A DNA stretch of 26,919 nt, filler included, from an uncultured virus (IMG/VR IMGVR_UViG_2061766007_002618) (Duplodnaviria > Heunggongvirae > Uroviricota > Caudoviricetes). It is 4 parts of one record of this genome, joined end to end, with 100 filler letters (N's around TTAATTAATTAA, not from the genome) between each part and the next. Parts side by side here need not be neighbours in the genome. Positions count along the whole stretch, not along the records: positions 4,074 to 26,602 come from IMGVR_UViG_2061766007_002618; 3 more parts are not named here. One strand, given 5' to 3'. Both the position numbers and the translations under genes were made by a program. Below, one piece after another: positions 9,209-17,300 of this stretch (the stretch's first letter is position 1; the number at the start of each line of letters is the position of its first letter). Below the pieces are notes generated by a model. That model saw nothing but the letters and a program-made list of their open reading frames with translations. It made no database searches and was not told the origin of the DNA.

Positions 9209-9863
9209 CATCAAAAACCCCGATTCCGTAAGCATGTCGGCCGGACACCGTGATGGCGTAAGCCCGACACCGTGGCGCGTAGCCGACAGGATGAACGAGA
9301 CGATTGTTGACGCGCTGAATCGGGTACAGGCAAGCGCGGCTAACGCAAAGACGGCAGCCATAATCGTCGAGGCGGTCAACAATTATGAAGTGCTAATCCA
9401 GGAGCGCCGCCGCCTCATCGGCGAACTGGACGCCGCGAAGTCTGAGGTCGAATACGAAAAATTGTATTCCAAGACCGAAATCTCGCGGCTCATATCTGAG
9501 AAAGCCGAATTGTACGACGAGGTTGTAGAGATTCGCAAAGAGCGCGACCGCCTCCGCGACACGAACCGAAGCTACGGCGAGACGATAGTCCAGCTCAACG
9601 AGGCCGCGCAAAGGTCAGAACTCAAGGCGATGCGCCTCGGCGACCTCATTCACCGCCTTTCGGACTGCATTCTCGGCGCGCACCTCGAAGGCCTCGACGG
9701 CCCGTTCCACGCCCGATACCACCTGGCACATTGCCCGAACGTCACGGACAACGACGGCATGGAGGTCCTCAACGGAGACGTTGCGGAGGCGCTGACGGTT
9801 CTCGCGCAGGCGCAGGCGATACTCCGCGAAGCGCGCGAGACAACAGGAAAGGACGAACCATGA
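9198..9863 (+). CDS. Hypothetical protein with a central coiled coil (SPxPWR...IVxAVNxY module)
   Basis: GAGGAGG RBS; heptad-rich middle region. Confidence 0.7.
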   Translation: MTDSIKNPDSVSMSAGHRDGVSPTPWRVADRMNETIVDALNRVQASAANAKTAAIIVEAVNNYEVLIQERRRLIGELDAAKSEVEYEKLYSKTEISRLISEKAELYDEVVEIRKERDRLRDTNRSYGETIVQLNEAAQRSELKAMRLGDLIHRLSDCILGAHLEGLDGPFHARYHLAHCPNVTDNDGMEVLNGDVAEALTVLAQAQAILREARETTGKDEP

Positions 9864-10093
9864 CACCCGCAGAGAAAAGGCGCGTTGTGAAAATCGTCAA
9901 CGCGAACGTCAAGCTCCGCAAGCGCGCGGCGCTGGCCGACAAGTACGTCAAGTATATTCTCGCCGGCGCGAACAGCGCGATATGCTTTGCGGTTAATAAT
10001 AATTTCGGCTACGCGAAAACCACGATGGCGCACGTCGTCGCGCTAGCCGAAGAGTACCAAGAGGAAGTGCGCAAACTAGAGGATGAACCATGA
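9860..10093 (+). CDS. Small basic hypothetical protein
   Basis: AAGGA RBS; ATGA overlaps at both ends. Confidence 0.65.
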   Translation: MTPAEKRRVVKIVNANVKLRKRAALADKYVKYILAGANSAICFAVNNNFGYAKTTMAHVVALAEEYQEEVRKLEDEP

Positions 10094-10431
10094 TTATCAC
10101 GAAGTATTACTGCGACCATTGCGGCAACGAAGTAAGCAGCCAAAGCGAGCTGCTCACCGTTGACCTGATTCGGATATTCCAGGATTCAGGGACATTCAAC
10201 AGCTATTGCTCGTTCGCTCTTTGTAAAGATTGCATAGAGGATGTTACGGAATTCATCGGCACGGCGAAGCATACCAAGCCGCCGCTCGGCCTCGTCCCGC
10301 GCTTCATCCGCGATGAGGCCCGCGTCAAGGAGATACTGGAGGCCATCGGCCGCTACAACGAGGCCGGGAAGCCCGTGCCTCAAGAATGGCTCGACGAACT
10401 CAACGAGAAGGCCCCGAAGGAGAACCGCTAA
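10090..10431 (+). CDS. Zinc-finger-like (CDHC...CKDC) protein with a C-terminal KPPLGL module
   Basis: Two CxxC pairs; ATGA and TAATG coupling to its neighbours. Confidence 0.7.
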   Translation: MIITKYYCDHCGNEVSSQSELLTVDLIRIFQDSGTFNSYCSFALCKDCIEDVTEFIGTAKHTKPPLGLVPRFIRDEARVKEILEAIGRYNEAGKPVPQEWLDELNEKAPKENR

Positions 10432-10814
10432 TGCACTTTCACCCATTATCCGTTTTCGCGCTCATGATCCTGGGGCACCTTGTGGCCGACTACACCCTGC
10501 AAGGCTGGCTGGCCAACGGGAAAAGCAAACTTTGGTGGGAGTCTCGCTTCGACTACGACGTGCCCGTCAAGTACAGGCGCGATTATGTTTGCGTACTCTT
10601 CTGCCATGCGCTTTACTGGTCGCTCATTGTCTGCTTGCCGCTCGCCGCGCTCGACGCGCCCGCGTACTTCGCCATGTCGCTTGCGCAGGGCGTAATTCAT
10701 GCCATCATCGACGACCTCAAGGCGAACAAGGGCGCGCTCAACCTTTGCCAGGACCAGGCGCTACACCTCGTGCAAATCGCCTCGGTTTTCGGGTACTGGA
10801 TGTGGGCGAGGTAA
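10431..10814 (+). CDS. DUF3307-like membrane protein
   Basis: AAGGAG RBS; HLVADYTLQ, HALYW, HAIID and DQALH motifs within hydrophobic helices. Confidence 0.8.
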   Translation: MHFHPLSVFALMILGHLVADYTLQGWLANGKSKLWWESRFDYDVPVKYRRDYVCVLFCHALYWSLIVCLPLAALDAPAYFAMSLAQGVIHAIIDDLKANKGALNLCQDQALHLVQIASVFGYWMWAR

Positions 10815-10830
10815 GGAAGGAGAACAGCTA

Positions 10831-11486
10831 ATGCAAGACGCCGACAACATCCCCGATTTGAAGCCCTGCCCGTTCTGCGGGCGCGAGGCCGCCTACATGG
10901 GCTACGACTTGCGCGACCCGATAAGCGGCAAGCCCCGCTCGCGCGTCATGATCGGCTGCCCCGCCGCGTTCACCGCGCGCGGCGATTGGGGCGACGGCCA
11001 CAAGGCCTGCCCCGTCGCGCCGATGATTGACTCCTGGGCCGCGCCCGCCGGAACCGACGTTGTGGCCGCATGGAACCGGCGCGTGGACGATTACAATGAC
11101 ACCGATTTTGGTAAGGAGCTTGATATGGCGAAGTCCGACCCTGCCATTGAAGCTCGAATTGGAGAGAGGGGCAAGGAGCGCCTCCGCAAGGTCGTGCGCA
11201 TCCTTGAACATTACGACCACGCCCGAGAGAAGCACCCGTACTTCTGCGACACATTACTTTCATCGACTTTGCCGCCAACATACCATGAAGAAGTCTTAAG
11301 TGGCACACGCAGGATGTTGCTCACTGAACAATCATTTAACCAACTTCGTGCGTTAAGCCTTCTCGAATGCGAAGAGGACGAACTGAAACTTGCAATCTCG
11401 CGCGACGACATTTCTAATGCCATCGAGGAAGCCTATGACTGTATCGCCGTCCTTCTTCGCGTAATCGACGTGCTGGAAGGCCGCCA
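10831..11486 (+). CDS. Lar-like zinc ribbon fused to a MazG-like all-alpha domain (3' end in gap)
   Basis: AAGGAG RBS; N-terminal LKPCPFCG...C...AAWNRR; C-terminal HAREKHPYF...LLECEEDEL...IEEAYDCIAVLLR. Confidence 0.65.
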
Positions 11487-11524
11487 NNNNNNNNNNNNNN
11501 NNNNNNNNNNNNNNNNNNNNNNNA

Positions 11525-11797
11525 CTTGCAGAGGACTTGGCCGCCGCGCCAGACGAGAAAATCGTCCGCATCGAGATAACGCCCATCGCGCCGGGCGTCC
11601 GCGTCGTCGGCGGCATCATGCTCGACAGCCGCCTTTGCGACCGCGACGTTGCGCGCCGCAAGCTCCACGCCCTCGTCGAGGACATGCTTGACAAGATTTA
11701 TCCGCAGCCGCCGCGAAAGTCAACGGCGGAAATCGAAATGGACATGGCGCATGAAATCAACATGCGACTTCAAAAGGAAAGGCATCCGTTTTTATGA
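11525..11797 (+). CDS. Hypothetical protein (5' end in gap)
   Basis: Open from the gap edge; ATGA overlap with the next gene. Confidence 0.55.
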   Translation, partial: LAEDLAAAPDEKIVRIEITPIAPGVRVVGGIMLDSRLCDRDVARRKLHALVEDMLDKIYPQPPRKSTAEIEMDMAHEINMRLQKERHPFL

Positions 11798-11979
11798 AAG
11801 TAGAGCTAGGCGACCGCATTCTCATCGACGACATTGAAATGATGTGTTTCGAGGTCCGCGAGAACTTCAACGGCGTGACGTACATGTTCGAGTATTTCAA
11901 CTGCGGCGAATTGAAGGAGTTTCGCTTCGCGCCCGGAGAACTCGACGCCCTCGGCGCGAGAAAAATTGAGAAGGCGTGA
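11794..11979 (+). CDS. Small beta-barrel (SH3-like) hypothetical protein
   Basis: Pattern ELGDRI...M...TYMFEYF...FAPGEL; coupled to its neighbours. Confidence 0.6.
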   Translation: MKVELGDRILIDDIEMMCFEVRENFNGVTYMFEYFNCGELKEFRFAPGELDALGARKIEKA

Positions 11980-11981
11980 CC

Positions 11982-12293
11982 ATGACGGCAAAGTATGAAA
12001 TACTTGAATCCGCGAGCAGGATGCTTTGCGACGTAAACTATAGACTTCGTACTGATGAAGCCCATACAGGCGTCATAAAGATAGGCGGCAACAAGTATCG
12101 GCTATCGTTTGTCATTAGCCGCAACGCATACATGGCGATTGTCGCGACAACGGACTTGTATTGCAGTGCGGCGCGCGTAGATGATGTTTGCGCCACTCTT
12201 TTCGGCATTCCCGTTTCCGTGATGGACAACGTACCGCCCGTTTCGCTGGTGTTTTCGCCAATCTACGAGCTGGAAGAAAAGGAGAAGGCGTAA
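11982..12293 (+). CDS. Hypothetical protein (alternative start GTG 11976)
   Basis: GAAGG upstream; AT-richer than its neighbours. Confidence 0.6.
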   Translation: MTAKYEILESASRMLCDVNYRLRTDEAHTGVIKIGGNKYRLSFVISRNAYMAIVATTDLYCSAARVDDVCATLFGIPVSVMDNVPPVSLVFSPIYELEEKEKA

Positions 12294-12297
12294 GCTC

Positions 12298-12729
12298 ATG
12301 CCGCGCCCCTGTAAGCAGTCTATCCGAACCAGTTTCGCGGTGTGGCTCGCCCGCGTCACGGAGATCGTCGCGCTTCTCCGCGAGGACCGCGTGACCGATG
12401 CCTACGACCTCGCGCCGTCAATCTTCCGATTCTGCTTCCCCGTCCTCGCCCGCCTCTACAACGACCCTGCCGCGACGCCGCCGACCGAGGCCGACTTCCA
12501 CGACTACCAGCTCAAGTGCCGCCACCGCAAGGCATCGCGCCCCGCCAACCAGCTTCGCCCGCCGCGCGAGGCCCCGCGCCAGCGCGAGCAGAACATCCCG
12601 ACCGCGTTTTCCTCCTTCGAGGAATGCCTCAAGCTAAAAGAAAAGCCACCGGGAATGTCGGATGCCCGGTGGCGAATGATTCAGGCGGTCAAGAAGCGCC
12701 CCGACCATTACGAGGCGCGCGGCATTTGA
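12298..12729 (+). CDS. Hypothetical protein, last gene of the + strand operon
   Basis: AAGGAGAAGG upstream; its stop lies 2 nt from the integrase stop. Confidence 0.65.
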   Translation: MPRPCKQSIRTSFAVWLARVTEIVALLREDRVTDAYDLAPSIFRFCFPVLARLYNDPAATPPTEADFHDYQLKCRHRKASRPANQLRPPREAPRQREQNIPTAFSSFEECLKLKEKPPGMSDARWRMIQAVKKRPDHYEARGI

Positions 12730-12731
12730 GG

Positions 12732-13910
12732 CTAGGCCTCCGGCGTGATGGAGAAGTATTCCTCGGCCTCGGACTTTTTCACAAGCCCCTGGTAGTGTCG
12801 CGCGCGCATAGCCTTCGACGTGCCGACAATCGCCTCCGTCCGTTCCGGCAGCTCGTATTTCGCCACGTGGTAGGTGATGAAGCTGTGGCGGCCAGCGTTG
12901 TGCGGGAAGGTAATCCCGATCTCCGTCGCGGCGTGGTGCATCCGAAGCCGCGCGTTGAGCGCGCTGAAATGCGTCAGCGCCTCGCGCCCGCAGTAGCGCA
13001 ACCAGGCAAGGGCGTTGTCCTCCATCCTGAACACGCGCGGTGCCATGCCCTGCGTCCAACCTTTCGGCATTTCAATGCGGACCGTGCCGTCGCCGAGGTC
13101 GATTGCGTGGTTCCCATCCTCGCTTTCGCCAATGCGCTCTATCTCCGCGAAGCGGATTCCGCAGAAGAACGAAAGCACCGTGTAGATGATGGCCTCGATG
13201 TCATTGTCCGCGACGAGCTTCTTTAGAATCGCCCGCACGTCGGCGGCCGGCGCGAACTCCGGCGTCTCGTACACGATCCGGCGCTGCTTGAGGTCCTCAA
13301 GCGGATTGTGGCTGATGTAGAGGCGCGACTTTGCGCAACACCAGTTCAGGAACGTCTTGCAGTACGTCAGCACGTTGTTGTACGTGGTATCGTTCTTGAA
13401 CTGCTCCAGGTACTTCACGAACTCCTGCTCGGTGACTTCCGAGACGGCGCGCTCACCGCCGAACGCGAACACCCATTTCGAGACGCGCGCGACGATTGAC
13501 TTGCGGTGGACGGCCTGTTGCACGGGAATCGACTCGTAGTATTCCCGGTACGCCTGCCCGATTGGCGTTTGCAGAACCTTCGCCTCTTCATTGCGGCGCG
13601 CGACGTATGCGCGGATGCAGTCGGTGAGGCTGATGTTGTAGCAGTTGTCGCGGAGAATGTCCAGCGCCTGCTTGGCGTCGTAAATCTGCGCCGGCTTTAG
13701 GACGACACGGGCGTCGCCCATCGTCTTCATGTCGCGGTAGTAGGCGTTGATCGTGTCTATCAGCTCTTCGCGCGTATTCCGGCTGAGGCGGATTTTCTTG
13801 CCCGTGGCGTCGGTGCCGAGGTAGCATTCGTACACGACAAACGGCTTGCCGTTCTGCGTCCTATGACGCATTTTGATGGTGGAGAGAACCTCCCTTTTGG
13901 CCTTAATCAT
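12732..13910 (-). CDS. int: Tyrosine recombinase / phage integrase
   Basis: 392 aa with an N-terminal arm-binding-like region, a core-binding region (TYNNVLTYCKTFLNWC...NPL), and catalytic motifs GIRFAEI, K, HNAGRHSF and RHY. Adjacent to a tRNA 3' fragment. Confidence 0.92.
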   Translation of the reverse strand: MIKAKREVLSTIKMRHRTQNGKPFVVYECYLGTDATGKKIRLSRNTREELIDTINAYYRDMKTMGDARVVLKPAQIYDAKQALDILRDNCYNISLTDCIRAYVARRNEEAKVLQTPIGQAYREYYESIPVQQAVHRKSIVARVSKWVFAFGGERAVSEVTEQEFVKYLEQFKNDTTYNNVLTYCKTFLNWCCAKSRLYISHNPLEDLKQRRIVYETPEFAPAADVRAILKKLVADNDIEAIIYTVLSFFCGIRFAEIERIGESEDGNHAIDLGDGTVRIEMPKGWTQGMAPRVFRMEDNALAWLRYCGREALTHFSALNARLRMHHAATEIGITFPHNAGRHSFITYHVAKYELPERTEAIVGTSKAMRARHYQGLVKKSEAEEYFSITPEA

Positions 13911-13935
13911 GGCATTTCACACTTTCCCTGTTTGG

Positions 13936-14255
13936 GCGGATTCATGCGGATTTGAGTAAAACCGCCTCGGTGCGGATTCACTTAGAATGTTGATTTTCAA
14001 TGAATTAAAAATGGCGGAGAGGGTGGGATTTGAACCCGAGTGAGGCCCTCTCTATTTCGCCATGCTAAAACATTCGTACCTAACATTCTAGAACTCTAGC
14101 AGAAGCCGCGCCGAATCCTTAAAATTGCGCCGTTTCTTTAAGAATTCCACTAAAAATGGTAGCAAAATTAGTGCGGATGGTCAACTATTTTATTTCAGCG
14201 GAAAATCAGAAGGTCCGCGTGACACAAGAACGCAATTCTCCCACGCCGAATCCGC
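13936..14255. promoter_or_regulatory. attP arms: candidate integrase arm-type repeats and an IHF-like site
   Basis: GCGGATT at 13936, 13946 and 13972; GCGGAT at 14173; inverted GAATCCGC at 14248; CGCCGAATCC at 14109 and 14244. Minus-strand AATCAACATTCTA (13983-13995) is one mismatch from WATCAAnnnnTTR. Confidence 0.55.
14012..14037 (-). mobile_element. attP core: 3' 26 nt of a tRNA (probably tRNA-Ser)
   Basis: Minus strand reads GGGTTCAAATCCCACCCTCTCCGCCA: T-loop, 3' acceptor strand, G discriminator and CCA. No D or anticodon arm is present. About 100 bp upstream of int. Confidence 0.85.
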
Positions 14256-14262
14256 GCGCATG

Positions 14263-14290
14263 AAAAAAGGGTGGGCACGAACCCACCCTT
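14263..14290 (-). terminator. Rho-independent terminator of the giant gene
   Basis: Minus strand reads AAGGGTGGG-TTCGTG-CCCACCCTT-TTTT, 25 nt after the stop at 14316. Confidence 0.85.
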
Positions 14291-14315
14291 ATCCGCCAAA
14301 ATTGACGGTGCCGCG

Positions 14316-17300
14316 CTACTGCCCTTCGGCCTCGTGCATGATGGCGTAGATTTGTTCGGCGAGCTGCGCCTGCCGCGCCATCATGTTCGCGTTCGCCCTG
14401 CCCGCCGCAATCGCCTTCTTGTTCTTGTCGGCGATCTTCCGATACTGGCCGGCGAGGTTTGTTAGCCGGACGCGGTACTGCGGCTTGAGCCAGTCGTAGC
14501 GATTCATGAGCGCGCGGAGCTTCTCGGTGTCGCCGTTCTTGGCGAACTCGTTGTAGGCCTTGAGCGACGCGTTGAGGCTGCGGACGGCGGTGTCGCGCTT
14601 GACGTGCCCGTAGGACCAGGAGGACAGGCCGACGAGGTTCATGAAGGTCAGCGCCGCGCCGGTCGGTATGCCGTTCTCGGTCAGCGCCTCAACGGAATCG
14701 TGAAGCGTCAGCGGGTACACCGTGTTTTGCACGACGTACTGCAATATCTGGCCCGGAGTCTCCAGCGTCTCGAACTTCGCCTCGCGGTTCAGCGCGGCGG
14801 CCACGAGCTGCATCGTCGGAGACAGCTTGTTCATCACGAACGTCGTTCCAATCTCACCAATTACGGTGCCATTCTGGTAGCCGTCGAACTCCTTGAAGCG
14901 CCCGTAGCGGTCCGTCCGGCCGCCGGCGACCGTGCGCGCCATTGTGCGGAGGTAGATTTCCATGCCGCCGAGCGGCGCGAAGTAGTTGCCACCGAGGTTG
15001 TACTTGAGGAATTGCGCCGAGAGCGGATTGAAGAACTCCTTGCCGACGAGCCGCTTGTCGTCGTCGTCGTCGTCCCACATGAGGCGCGAGAGCGCATACA
15101 GCACCGACGAAAGCAGGATGTAGTTGGCGAGCGACTTGCCGTAGACCTGCCAGAACATGGCCCGCCGCACGTCGAGGTCGAAGTTCTTGAATTTCCGCGT
15201 CGCGAGCTTGTCGCTTATCGACGAGAGGCCGAGGTTGACCATGTTCTGAATCGTCTGAATCTGGCCGGAGATTCGTGCCGGCGCCCAGAGCAGCCGACGG
15301 AATGCGCCATTCTTGAAGAAGCTAAGGTCGCCCGTGCCGGTCGCGTAGTTGATGAGCTGCGCGAGCGTCTGGCGCTCTTCCTTGCCGAGCATCTTGCCAT
15401 GCTTCTGGCAGGCGTCCAGGGCGGCCGCGTAGGTCGTCGCCCGGATGATGTTGATAGGCGTGTCGAAGCCGCGCGCGGACGCCTCAAGCCACATGCCGCC
15501 GAGCTTACGAATCTTGTTGTCCTGCGGAAGCAGCTTGTTCAGCAGCGGGTTGGAGTCGCGGGCGAACATTTCCGATTCCGCAGCCGTGCCGACGGCGTGA
15601 ATCTGCAAGCCGTCCTCGACGAACCGCGCGAGGTCGTAGTCGCGCGCGAGCTTGTTCATGATTTCCTCGCTCTGCTTTCCGGAGAAGAGCGAACGGAGGC
15701 CGTCGCGAACCGCGCGCACGTTCAGCCGCGGATTGCCGAGCATCATCCAGCCGCATTGTGTCCAGATGGCCGACAAGTCGCCGGACGCGACGAGCGATTT
15801 CGTCAGGTCGAAGAAGTCCGCGACCGTCTTCAAGGCCTTGTCGCCGGTGGACATGGAATTCCACTTCTGCGCGGCCTCCCATTCGAGGTATTCCCGCTTC
15901 TTGTCGCGGAGCTGCTGCTTGAGTCCGTCCAGGCGCGGGTCGTTGGAGTAGTCCATCGCGGGCTTGACCTGCGCCTGCTCGCTGCCCTCCATCTTGTTCT
16001 GCAAGTGGTCGATGGACCGCTGGATGGCGCGTTGCCGCGCGCGGATCGCCCGCTCTTCGGCGAGCTGTTCGCCGGGGAACTGCGCGTCGAGAAGTGTGCG
16101 GTACGCATGGCGAAGCTCGGCGATGCGCTGGACAAGCGCCGATTCCTCGGCGGTCATGGCGCGGCGCTTCTTCATCTTCGGCATGTCGTTCATGAAGAAG
16201 CCGTCTTGCGCGTCGAGGACCTGCTTTTCAAGCGCGGCGACCCGTTCACGGAGGCGCTGGATGCGCTTCTGCTCCTGGTTCGCGGTGTTCTGCTCGCCTC
16301 GCCGGCGGGCCTCGCGTTCCTCGCGTTCGGCGTCGCGCAGCTCGCGCTCGGCGTCTTCCAGTTCTGGCGTCGTCGCCGGCGGGACCGTCCCCGTGTCCTC
16401 GTGCGTCTTGCCGATTACGTTCTGGAGTTTCGCCTGCTCGCTTGCGAGGCGGGAGCGGGCGTATTCGCGAATCCGCGCCGTGCGCGTCTCGTCGGCGTCC
16501 GCGTTTGCTATCTCGGCGCGGAGCGCGCGGAGGCGTTCAAGGCGGGCCTTGCCGCTGTCGGGAATGTCCATTGGCGTCGAGCGTTCGCCGGCGGACATGC
16601 GCGGGCCTTCCGGTTTTTCGCCGAGCTGCGCCTCAAGCTCCGCTATTTCCTCGTCGAGCATGGCGAGAATCGCGGCGTTCTGCGCGTCGATGATGGCCTG
16701 CCCCTCGTGGATTGCGATGCCGAGCTTGCGGCACACGCGGCGCATTTCCCGCACGTCGCCGTTTTGCAGCGCCTCTTCGAGCGCGACGGCCTTCGCGACC
16801 TGCTTTTGCAGGCGGTTGGCGAGCTTGCGCGCCTCGCTACGGTCGTAGATGTTCGTGCGGCCCGCGAAGTATTCACGCACCTGCGCGTCGTCGAGTTCGA
16901 TGTCGCAGTCGCTAAGGAATTCGCGGACCTCGCCTAGGAGCGCGTCCACGTTGCGGAAACGCGGGTCGAGGGCGACGTACTCCGTCGCGATCTTCTTGAC
17001 GAGCTTCTCAATCTGGTAGTCGGAAAGCTCGCCTTGTGCGTCAACCAGGTCTTGCGTCTGCGTCATGATTGTTGCAAGGCGTGTGCCGGGGTCCTTTTTC
17101 GGGCGGTTGCGGAGGTTGTGCAGGATTTCGTTCATCTGCGCCGCCTCGGCGTCGCGCTGCGACAAATCGCCCTTCGCCGTCTCAAGCTCCTGCTGGATGC
17201 GCTTGTAGTCCAGCGCGAAGCGTTCCAGGTTGTCGATGAATCCCGCCGGCATCCCTTCCACGTGGAAGTCGTCCATCTGCTTCTTCATCCGGCGCAGCAT

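Noticed and set aside
14012..14100. Complete tRNA gene
   Set aside because: Only the T-loop and 3' acceptor strand are present; there is no D or anticodon arm.
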